In this document: piece by piece, positions 1-8,037 of the stretch
Layout of the letters: each line of letters opens with the position of its first letter
Position numbering within the stretch: position 1 is the first letter of the stretch
DNA from: a virus
Length of the DNA stretch: 64,000 nt
IMG/VR virus record: IMGVR_UViG_3300025168_000067
Span: 1-64,000 of that record
Strand: one strand, 5' to 3'
Made by a program: the position numbers and the translations under genes
Notes under the pieces: generated by a model
The model's database searches: none
Told to the model about the DNA's origin: nothing
The model's input: the letters and a program-made list of their open reading frames with translations, nothing else

Positions 1-230
1 GCGGTTCTGGCACTTACACTACCACATCCGCTAGCGGCTCTTACACTTCTGGTTCTGCTGGTTCAACGTCTGGTTCTGCTGGCGCCACAACTCATAGCGG
101 TTCTGGCACTTACACTACCACATCCGCTAGCGGCTCTTACACTTCTGGTTCTGCTGGTTCAACGTCTGGTTCTGCTGGCGCCACAACTCATAGCGGTTCT
201 GGCACTTACACTACCACATCCGCCAGCGGC
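1..230 (+). repeat. 96-bp coding tandem repeat (32 aa unit)
   Basis: GCGGTTCTGGCACTTACACTACC recurs at 1, 97 and 193: two identical units plus a partial third, then degenerate. Confidence 0.95.
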
Positions 231-758
231 TCAGCGACTTCTGGCTCCGGAGGTTCGACGGAAACCGGACCCGGCTATACCACACATAGCGGCTCGTCGT
301 ATCACACAGTATCTACTTCTGGATCAATGTCATCCGGATCGTGTGGTTCAATATCTAGTTCGCATTGTGCAACCACATGGTTCGCGCCAGAGCCAGGAAG
401 AACGACGACGGCGACTGGCTATCATGTATCCTCTTCAGGTCCAGTTTCAGGATCTGAGTTATTCGGCTTGGCAACGGGAATAAGGTTTCCGATAGTCACA
501 GCAACCTCTACGTACACAGCGTCAATTGGAGACTATACGATATTAGCCAACACTAACGCTGCAAATATCACCGTTAGAATACCATCTGCGTCTATAGCAA
601 TGGAGAAGATATACAACGTTAAGAAAATTCATGCTTCTAACACCATGATAATCATATCCGATAATGGAACAATAGATGGAGATGCTACAAAGAGCGTCAC
701 ATCATTGTACGAATCATTAACAGTACATTCGGACGGTATAAACTGGCATCTAATTTAG
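1..758 (+). CDS. 5'-truncated Ser/Gly/Thr-rich repeat virion fibre/decoration protein
   Basis: The frame of ORF 327..758 is open back to position 3 (GSGTYTTTSASGSYTS...). The C-terminal beta-rich domain ending SDGINWHLI is typical of large-phage fibre proteins and resembles the end of the 4219 protein. Confidence 0.7.
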   Translation, partial: GSGTYTTTSASGSYTSGSAGSTSGSAGATTHSGSGTYTTTSASGSYTSGSAGSTSGSAGATTHSGSGTYTTTSASGSATSGSGGSTETGPGYTTHSGSSYHTVSTSGSMSSGSCGSISSSHCATTWFAPEPGRTTTATGYHVSSSGPVSGSELFGLATGIRFPIVTATSTYTASIGDYTILANTNAANITVRIPSASIAMEKIYNVKKIHASNTMIIISDNGTIDGDATKSVTSLYESLTVHSDGINWHLI

Positions 759-759
759 T

Positions 760-969
760 ATAAAAAGGAAAAGATTAAATTTAAATGGTTTAATAGCATC
801 ATCGGACACCATGACTGTGTGAGGGGGTGATAGTATCACAGTTGATGCGTCCGGTGTTGCTGCAATCATTGCGAATAATGGAGACACCCCCTTTATGAGA
901 ATCGGTAACTTATCCATTCAACGCTATCTGAATAGATTATACTTTAAAGAAATTATATATGCAGAATAA
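760..969 (+). pseudogene. Possible decayed coding remnant (LamG/ConA-like beta-domain fragment)
   Basis: The frame reads LNGLIASSDTMTV*GGDSITVDASGVAAIIANNGDTPFMRIGNLSIQRYLNRLYFKEIIYAE* with one internal TGA (820-822) and no clear start. The resemblance to LamG is by eye only. Confidence 0.3.
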
Positions 970-1094
970 CCAGATACACCATGATAACACCGACCCCAGT
1001 GACAGATCGGGCTTAAATTTTGGTAAAAAGAACCCAACTAAATACACATACAACACAATCTGCAGAATATAAATGGATTTTCTATCACAATAAT

Positions 1095-1103
1095 ACTATT
1101 TAT
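1095..1103 (+). promoter_or_regulatory. Putative late promoter motif ACTATTTAT
   Basis: Lies upstream of the scaffold gene; the same motif recurs before many structural genes. Confidence 0.6.
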
Positions 1104-1138
1104 TTTGCAACACTATTATTTTAGGAGTTATTTTATTT

Positions 1139-2239
1139 ATGTCCAGTTTGCTTAAAGAGGCGATTGTAGATGCCCGGGCCTTGAGAGAGGCGGCTCTAAA
1201 AAACGCAGAATCATCGATTATAGAAAAGTATTCTAACGAAGTACGCGAAACATTAGATAAATTAATTGAACTTGAGGAGCCAATGCTGGACTTAGAAGAG
1301 CCAGTGGCCGACATCGGCATGCCATCTGATGATCTGGGCGCCCCTGAAGTCACATCTGAAGATATCACCGAGAATGACGTCGAACTATCAGCAACCGATG
1401 GTTTATCTGCCCACACTGGAGAGCATTTGGACAAATTCTCTAATGTCGGCGATAGCAACGAAGTAGAAATTAATCTGGGTGCCCTACAAGAAGCACTCAA
1501 AGAACTGGATGCCGCGGTCAATGAAGAAGAGATCGAGCTTACCGAAGAAGATATTCAAAACATTATGTCTGAAGACGATGAAGTTGTCGAAGAATCTACC
1601 GAAGAAGTACAAGAAGAAGAAATATCCGAGGAGACCGTGACTGAAGAAGACGATACACAAACAGAAGCTCTTAGTATCGACGATTTGACAAATGCAATCG
1701 TAGAGAAGCTCACAGTTGATATGGGTGCAGACCTATCTGGCTGGGCCGGCCGCCCAGCAGAAAGTGTCAAGTGGGAAATGGAGAAGGAGCTAGCACACCG
1801 CCGTTCCACCGATCTCACACAAGATTTAAAAGATTTGAAGAAAGCTCAAGAAGAGTTGGTTTTTGAAAATAACCAAGTCAAAGAGCAAAACACAAAGTAT
1901 AAGCAAGCAGTACAAGAGTTACAGGAAGGATTACAAGATGTAAATCTTTCTAATGCTCGCTTGCTTTACACGAACCGTATTTTACGAAATACCTCCCTAA
2001 ATGAGCGACAAAAAGATAAAATTGTCGAAGCGATTTCTAGCGTCGGTTCTGTAGCAGAAGCAAGGACAGTATTTGAAACACTTCAAAGCACAGTGGAGTC
2101 ATCTCCTACAGAGAAGCGACCACAATCACTGAGCGAAGCAATATCAAAACGTTCTACTATGTTACGTGCGACTCGTCAAGAGAGCACACCCTCTGATCCT
2201 CTCCAAGAGAGGATGAAGAGACTAGCTGGAATAAAATAA
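1139..2239 (+). CDS. Prohead core/scaffold protein (T4 gp22-like)
   Basis: Acidic, coiled-coil, immediately upstream of the major capsid gene; C-terminus ERMKRLAGIK; RBS AGGAG. Confidence 0.8.
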   Translation: MSSLLKEAIVDARALREAALKNAESSIIEKYSNEVRETLDKLIELEEPMLDLEEPVADIGMPSDDLGAPEVTSEDITENDVELSATDGLSAHTGEHLDKFSNVGDSNEVEINLGALQEALKELDAAVNEEEIELTEEDIQNIMSEDDEVVEESTEEVQEEEISEETVTEEDDTQTEALSIDDLTNAIVEKLTVDMGADLSGWAGRPAESVKWEMEKELAHRRSTDLTQDLKDLKKAQEELVFENNQVKEQNTKYKQAVQELQEGLQDVNLSNARLLYTNRILRNTSLNERQKDKIVEAISSVGSVAEARTVFETLQSTVESSPTEKRPQSLSEAISKRSTMLRATRQESTPSDPLQERMKRLAGIK

Positions 2240-2265
2240 CTATAAATATAAGGAGGTAATTTTAA

Positions 2266-4059
2266 ATGTCTAGTATTATTGAAAGGCTGACTGAAGGTGT
2301 CATCAATCGTGATGTCCGTGCCGAAGGTCATGCTTTATTACAAAAATGGGAAAAGACCGGTCTACTCGAAGGAATAGATAAGGATCGCTCCCGTCAAACT
2401 ATGGCTCGTTTGCTTGAGAACCAAGCTAAAGAGCTTCTACGTGAAAGTTCATCGATGGCAGGTGGAGATGTTGAGGGCTTTGCGGCCGTTGCATTCCCGA
2501 TTGTTCGTCGTGTTTTCGCAGGGCTTATCGCTAACGATCTCGTTAGTGTTCAGCCGATGAGTCTGCCATCCGGCCTCATCTTCTTCCTCGACTTCACAGT
2601 CAGCCAGGAATCAGGTGACTATCCCACGGTAAAATCTCGTCTAGGATACGATCTGTCAAGTTCGTTGTATGGTGGAAACCAAGTTGGTAAGGGAATCGTC
2701 GATGGTATCGATCTATCCCAACAGCTGGGTGACGCCGGTGGCGGATATAACCTTAATAACGGTTATTCCTCTCCGACTGGTTCAGCTCTTGCCAGCGCTA
2801 TAACTTTAACACCATTAGCTGTCCAAAACGGCGTCTTTGGGTGGAACACAGCGGCCACCAAGGCAACACGTTATGACGCAGACTTTGTCTCTGGCTCAAC
2901 GGTGGCTACAGTAGTGTCGGTGTTGCTAACTGGTCTAGACCAGGTTAATACACAGGGGCCACAGTCATTCAATGTATCCAGTAGCGAAGGCAATGGTATT
3001 TTGGAAGACAAAGGCGGTGCAGCCTTTGCTCGCTTGGTACGCCGCCAAACTCGCAAAAATACTGCCGGCACACGTCTAGATTTGACTTTTGTTGGTGTTG
3101 GTGTTGATGGAGCAGTCGGCGGCAATGCAGTGAGTGCAGCGGGACAGGGCGTTCTTGTTCTGTCTCAGCTTACCTCAGCCCTAAACACGGTTTCCTGGGC
3201 CCAAACAGATGATCTAACTAACGCTAGCGCTCTAGGTGGTGTTGTTGGTCAAGCTGAGTGGGGTCTCGAAGCAGAGAAGAATATCCCAGAGATCGACATC
3301 AAGGTCGATAGTATTGCGATTACAGCGCAAACCAAGAAGCTCAAGGCTAAGTGGACACCGGAGTTAGGTCAAGACCTTAACGCCTACCACAACCTTGATG
3401 CCGAGGTTGAGCTTACAAGCATTCTCTCTGAGCAAATCGCTCTTGAGATTGATCGCGAGATCCTATCTGACCTAGTAAATGGTGCAACAGCTGCAACATA
3501 CTACTGGGCTCGTTCTCCAGGTCTGTTTGTTAATCGCACAACAGGTGCAGAAATCGGTGCGTCCTCAGCGGCTCCCGACTTCACTGGTACTGTGAGTGAA
3601 TGGTATGAGACTCTCGTTGAGACAATCAACGATGTTTCTGCTCAGATTCACCGCAAGACCCTTCGCGGCGGAGCTAACTTCATTGTATGCTCTCCCGAAG
3701 TTGCTAACATCCTAGAATTCACAGCCGGCTTCAGAGCTTCCGTCACACATGATGATGAGAAGGGTTCTGTTGGTGCAGTGAAGACTGGTTCGCTTAGCAA
3801 GAAGTTCGATGTCATTGTTGATCCGTACTTCCTTCGCAACGTGATCCTTGTTGGTCGTAGAGGTTCAAGTTTCCTTGAATCTGGTTATGTATATGCACCC
3901 TATGTGCCGCTACAAACTACGCCCACAATCTTCGGACCCGAAGACTTCGTGCCCCGTAAGGGAGTCATGACGCGTTATGCCAAGAAGATGGTGCGTCCTG
4001 ACCTTTACGGCCTTGTTATTGTCCGCGGACTACTTGGTGAAGCCGGTGCTACTAGCTAA
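2266..4059 (+). CDS. Major capsid protein (T4 gp23-like) with a large insertion
   Basis: Motifs LLENQ, PIVRRVF..LIANDLVSVQPM, KLKAKWTPELGQDL, EIDREI, YAPYVPL, GVMTRY. Confidence 0.96.
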   Translation: MSSIIERLTEGVINRDVRAEGHALLQKWEKTGLLEGIDKDRSRQTMARLLENQAKELLRESSSMAGGDVEGFAAVAFPIVRRVFAGLIANDLVSVQPMSLPSGLIFFLDFTVSQESGDYPTVKSRLGYDLSSSLYGGNQVGKGIVDGIDLSQQLGDAGGGYNLNNGYSSPTGSALASAITLTPLAVQNGVFGWNTAATKATRYDADFVSGSTVATVVSVLLTGLDQVNTQGPQSFNVSSSEGNGILEDKGGAAFARLVRRQTRKNTAGTRLDLTFVGVGVDGAVGGNAVSAAGQGVLVLSQLTSALNTVSWAQTDDLTNASALGGVVGQAEWGLEAEKNIPEIDIKVDSIAITAQTKKLKAKWTPELGQDLNAYHNLDAEVELTSILSEQIALEIDREILSDLVNGATAATYYWARSPGLFVNRTTGAEIGASSAAPDFTGTVSEWYETLVETINDVSAQIHRKTLRGGANFIVCSPEVANILEFTAGFRASVTHDDEKGSVGAVKTGSLSKKFDVIVDPYFLRNVILVGRRGSSFLESGYVYAPYVPLQTTPTIFGPEDFVPRKGVMTRYAKKMVRPDLYGLVIVRGLLGEAGATS

Positions 4060-4087
4060 ACAATAGCTTAGTAACCTACTATAGTGC

Positions 4088-4120
4088 AAAGCCCCCGTTT
4101 TTTAACGGGGGCTTTCATTT
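4088..4120 (+). terminator. Intrinsic terminator after the capsid gene
   Basis: AAAGCCCCCGTT-loop-AACGGGGGCTTT followed by a T-rich tract. Confidence 0.85.
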
Positions 4121-4145
4121 ATCATACGCTTTCATTTTGGGGAGG

Positions 4146-4177
4146 ACTACTTATAGGCGAGGGGAGAAATCCCTTCG
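4146..4177 (+). promoter_or_regulatory. Putative late promoter motif ACTACTTATA followed by a GAAA-tetraloop hairpin
   Basis: Motif at 4146; hairpin CGAGGGGA-GAAA-TCCCTTCG at 4158-4177. Confidence 0.55.
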
Positions 4178-4218
4178 TTAATTGACCTAATTAATATTCA
4201 TATAAGGAGAAATATATT

Positions 4219-4665
4219 ATGGGAACCAAAAGAGTAGGTTGGGCACGAATTCGTAGCCTGATTAACGAAAATAGTAATCAACTTAAGATTAGAAATGAGC
4301 AAGTCATCTCGGTCGGCGCCGGCGAAACGAAAGTATTAACAGCCGACGATTCGGGAGCGCTAGTATACTTAGGTGGCGCCGGTGTTGCCACCGCTACCTT
4401 ACCTGCTGTTGCGGCTGGTCTGAACTTCAGATTTTACGCAACTAGCGCGCGAGTGCACATTATCAATGGTGGCGCCACTGTGATTCAAGGTTGTTATCAT
4501 CACAATACGAACGCCACGACAATCGTAAGTGTTGCGGTTGCAAATAAAACGAGCTTGACACTTCACAGTAGCAACGCAAAGATTGGCGACAAGCTGGACT
4601 TCACTTGCGATGGAACCAATTGGTATGTTTCAGGTATCGTTAATGATGTCCTCACCCAAGCATAA
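4219..4665 (+). CDS. Small virion protein (capsid decoration/fibre-tip-like domain)
   Basis: Follows the capsid gene, strong RBS; beta-rich domain ending CDGTNWYV similar to the C-terminus of the 1..758 protein. Confidence 0.55.
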   Translation: MGTKRVGWARIRSLINENSNQLKIRNEQVISVGAGETKVLTADDSGALVYLGGAGVATATLPAVAAGLNFRFYATSARVHIINGGATVIQGCYHHNTNATTIVSVAVANKTSLTLHSSNAKIGDKLDFTCDGTNWYVSGIVNDVLTQA

Positions 4666-4697
4666 ATCTTAAAATAGACTTTTCATCTATACAACCT

Positions 4698-4732
4698 TCC
4701 CCCCTTCCCTTTTGGGTTGGGGGGATTTTTTT
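4698..4732 (+). terminator. Intrinsic terminator
   Basis: TCCCCCC-TT-CCC-TTTT-GGG-TT-GGGGGGA followed by T7. Confidence 0.8.
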
Positions 4733-4834
4733 GAAAATGCCGATCTCCTAAATTTTTTTCGCCTCCAATTTTTGAGATTTTCGTTTTGTTATTTTAAAAC
4801 TACTTATTAATGGACAAAACACAAGGAGTTCCAC

Positions 4835-5188
4835 ATGGGAAAGAAAAGAAGAATGCTCTCATCAAAGAAGAAATTCAGCGCTAAGTACAGTAACCACCCC
4901 CGCATGAAATACGTCATGAAAACCGAGGATGCAATAACAACCGCCGCTCCGGTCATCGAACCGACGGTAGCAACACCACCGGAGATTAAGACTGATATCC
5001 CGGTGATCAAAGCAGCGCCAACGGTTGTCACAGACACTGCCGTTGTAACTACTACACCTGCCGCGGCCAAATCAGCACCGGCGCCGGAGAAAGCAGCTAA
5101 AGCGCCAATCACTAAAAAAGCCAAGACGCCCAAGAAGAAGACACGCAGAAGCACCACAAAATCCAAAACAATTTCACGAAACGCATAA
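4835..5188 (+). CDS. Lys/Thr/Ala-rich basic protein, possible DNA-condensing core protein
   Basis: Basic N- and C-termini (KKAKTPKKKTRR), RBS AAGGAG, late motif at 4799. Confidence 0.55.
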   Translation: MGKKRRMLSSKKKFSAKYSNHPRMKYVMKTEDAITTAAPVIEPTVATPPEIKTDIPVIKAAPTVVTDTAVVTTTPAAAKSAPAPEKAAKAPITKKAKTPKKKTRRSTTKSKTISRNA

Positions 5189-5259
5189 AATAAACGTTTA
5201 TGCTGATTGATTCGAGTTTTGTAAGCGTCTTTACTATTTATTCCTAGGAGGGAACATGC

Positions 5260-6555
5260 GTGCCTACTAACCTCAGCCCAAAGTCTAAGAATAGTGCTAT
5301 TACACTAACTTCAACAGGAAGTGCAGCAGCAGTTTCAGGCTCATTGCCGTTTGGAATGTATACGGGATCAGTAGATTTCTTGACTGGCGCCGCCCTACAA
5401 GTTGCATATGTATATAAAAAGCTCGGTGGCGATGTTGTAGATATCGAGCTAACACCTTCTAATGTATATGCTGCATACGAAGAAGCTGTTCTAGAGTATT
5501 CATACATCGTCAATCTACACCAAAGCAAAAACATGCTTTCAGACGCCCTAGGCAACACCACAGGCACTTTTGACCACTATGGCAATATGAAGGAGAGCGA
5601 TTTCTCATCGAGCTTAGGAGACTTCAGTGTAGAGCTTAAATATCCAAGATTTAAGTTCGAATACTCCAAGAAGGTGGGGGATGGACTTATTTCATCAACC
5701 GGCCAAGGCGGTACAGTTAGACAGTATTCTGGTTCATTCGCTATAGTCCATAACCAGCAAGACTATGATCTTCAGGAAATAATTCAAGCAGCATCAAAAA
5801 CCGGCCTAGATGATGGTGGTAATAAAGTTGATTTCGAGGATAAAGTCAATGACGACCAGAGAATAGTGATTAACAAGGTGTTTTTCAAGTCACCACGTGC
5901 CATGTGGCGATTTTACGGCTATTATGGGGGAATTGGAGTTGTAGGAAACATGTCGACATACGGACAATTTGCGGATGACTCCACATTTGAACTAGTTCCC
6001 ACGTGGCAGAACAAACTTCAGGCCATTATGTATGAAGATAGCATTTATACAAGAACATCGATGTATTCTTATGAAATAGTTAATAATCGTGTTAGGTTGT
6101 ACCCAACGCCAAGTGATTGGGGGATGAATCAAGCAGATCGCATGTGGTTTAATTTCTATATTAATGGAAATGCGTGGGACTCAGACGATAATTATGACAC
6201 CGGTGTGAATGGCGTCAATAACATGAACACTTTACCAATTGGCAATTTACCATATAAGAATATTAATGCAATTGGCAAGCAATGGATTAGAAAATTTGCG
6301 CTAGCTCTGTGTAAAGAGATGCTAGGCCAAATCAGAGGTAAATTCACAACGATCCCAATTCCAGGAGAGAGCGTCACCTTGAATCACTCAGATCTCCTGG
6401 CTCAAGCAAAAGAAGAGCAAGCGAATTTGAGAGACAAACTAACAGAGATGCTTAAAGAAATGGAATATGTGGCCCTCGCGAAAACAGATTCAGAAAAGGT
6501 GACCGCAGTAGAAGAAACCTTGAGACGAGCACCACTGCCGATATTTGTGGGATAA
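5260..6555 (+). CDS. Neck protein (T4 gp13-like)
   Basis: Motifs KLGGDVVDIELT, WIRKFALALCKEMLGQIRGKF, PGESVTLN; GTG start; late motif at 5233. Confidence 0.85.
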   Translation: MPTNLSPKSKNSAITLTSTGSAAAVSGSLPFGMYTGSVDFLTGAALQVAYVYKKLGGDVVDIELTPSNVYAAYEEAVLEYSYIVNLHQSKNMLSDALGNTTGTFDHYGNMKESDFSSSLGDFSVELKYPRFKFEYSKKVGDGLISSTGQGGTVRQYSGSFAIVHNQQDYDLQEIIQAASKTGLDDGGNKVDFEDKVNDDQRIVINKVFFKSPRAMWRFYGYYGGIGVVGNMSTYGQFADDSTFELVPTWQNKLQAIMYEDSIYTRTSMYSYEIVNNRVRLYPTPSDWGMNQADRMWFNFYINGNAWDSDDNYDTGVNGVNNMNTLPIGNLPYKNINAIGKQWIRKFALALCKEMLGQIRGKFTTIPIPGESVTLNHSDLLAQAKEEQANLRDKLTEMLKEMEYVALAKTDSEKVTAVEETLRRAPLPIFVG

Positions 6556-6561
6556 TAAGCC

Positions 6562-7050
6562 ATGGCAAACAATTGGAAAAAACCAGAAGCACCGCCGCCC
6601 CCATTATTCCTAGGTAAGAAAGAGCGAGATCTAGTAAAACAAGTCAATGATGAACTTATTGAGAAAGTCATCGGCCAGCAATTGCTTTATTATCCGATAG
6701 ATATGGAAACAACCAATTTTCATGACCTATACGGAGAGGCAATAAATAAAACCTACCTCCCACCAGTTAGAGTATATGCAATGGTAGAATTTACTGATTA
6801 TTCCACCGAATATATGGAAAGTGCCGGTATTGACAAGACATGGGAGATAAATGTACACTTCCACAGACGCAGATTAGAAGAAGATCAAGACTTATATGTT
6901 CGCGAAGGTGACTTTGTTTTGTACGGAGAACATTATTACGAGATAGTTAAACTACAAGAGAAGAAAAAACTATTTGGTCAAGTTGAGCATGGTTTTGAAA
7001 TATCTGCAAGATGCCGCAGGGCAAGAAAGGGCTTATTTGATGCTACCTGA
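6562..7050 (+). CDS. Neck/head completion protein (T4 gp14-like)
   Basis: Follows gp13-like gene; motifs LYGEA and REGDFV. Confidence 0.75.
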   Translation: MANNWKKPEAPPPPLFLGKKERDLVKQVNDELIEKVIGQQLLYYPIDMETTNFHDLYGEAINKTYLPPVRVYAMVEFTDYSTEYMESAGIDKTWEINVHFHRRRLEEDQDLYVREGDFVLYGEHYYEIVKLQEKKKLFGQVEHGFEISARCRRARKGLFDAT

Positions 7051-7912
7051 TAACTTTGACTTTGCGATGCTGCCAGAAGGTAGCTCTGAACATACTCTAA
7101 AAGAATTGGGTATGTTAGCTTCAAGCATAGAGACAATAGATTACGCGATAGTGTCGTGGCTAAAGGAAGACCTAGACCTCAGCACCACAACAAACGAAGG
7201 CTTCACAACCGTACCAGTAGTTTGGCAGGCGCCAGAGAGGGCATTTCAAATAAAGAACGAGAAAGAGCTTCGCGACAATGGCGGCGCCCTGAAATTACCT
7301 TTAATAAGTATAGAGAGAACTGGAATTACCAAAGACCCAACGAGAAAGGGTGGATTTCAAGCCCATATTTATTCGAGCGAGAAAGATGGAAGATCAGGAA
7401 GGATGGTAATTGCCAAAAAGATAAAAGAAGATAAAACAAGGAATTTTGCGGTTGCTAACACCACAAGAAACAACCTGGGAACAAAAAAGCAGCTTAATTC
7501 ACCCAGAGTTAATAAGAAGATTGTGATACAATCGTTGTCGATACCGATCCCGGTATATATCAATGTAGATTATAAGATCACGATTAAATCTGAATACCAA
7601 CAGCAGATGAACAGTTTGATGACACCGTTCATTACTCGCCCGGGCCAAATAAACTCATTTGTTATGAAAAGAGACGGTCACATGTATGAGGCCTTCATAC
7701 AAGAGAGTTTTACACATAACAACAACATTGGTAATTTAGGGGAAGATATGCGAATGTTTTCATCAGAGATCACAATAAAGGTTCTTGGCTATCTAATAGG
7801 CGACGGCGCAAACGCCGATCGACCAATTATTAGAGTCGATGAGAATGTTGTAGAGCTAACCTATCCAAGAGAAACCTCTCCAGTCCCAGGCAACGGTGGT
7901 TTTTTTGGATAG
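7040..7912 (+). CDS. Tail sheath stabiliser/tail completion protein (T4 gp15-like)
   Basis: Motifs VPVVWQAPER, LPLISIER, P(V)YINVDY; sits between neck and sheath. Start placed at ATG 7040. Confidence 0.7.
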   Translation: MLPDNFDFAMLPEGSSEHTLKELGMLASSIETIDYAIVSWLKEDLDLSTTTNEGFTTVPVVWQAPERAFQIKNEKELRDNGGALKLPLISIERTGITKDPTRKGGFQAHIYSSEKDGRSGRMVIAKKIKEDKTRNFAVANTTRNNLGTKKQLNSPRVNKKIVIQSLSIPIPVYINVDYKITIKSEYQQQMNSLMTPFITRPGQINSFVMKRDGHMYEAFIQESFTHNNNIGNLGEDMRMFSSEITIKVLGYLIGDGANADRPIIRVDENVVELTYPRETSPVPGNGGFFG

Positions 7913-7916
7913 TAGT

Positions 7917-7954
7917 TCATGAAGCAAAAAACAAATTCTTAATTTGCTTCATGA
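7917..7954. repeat. 12-bp perfect inverted repeat upstream of sheath 1
   Basis: TCATGAAGCAAA-N14-TTTGCTTCATGA. Confidence 0.75.
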
Positions 7955-8037
7955 CGTTTGAGCATAAAAATACTACTTATTTATGACAACACTAAAGACC
8001 ACAATAGTGCCCATCAAACGAGTGAAGGAAAAAAAAC

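Noticed and set aside
1-230. CRISPR array
   Set aside because: The units are contiguous identical 96-mers in frame, with no unique spacers.
4733-4782. Imperfect inverted repeat after the terminator
   Set aside because: AT-rich with several mismatches and no second copy; could be chance.
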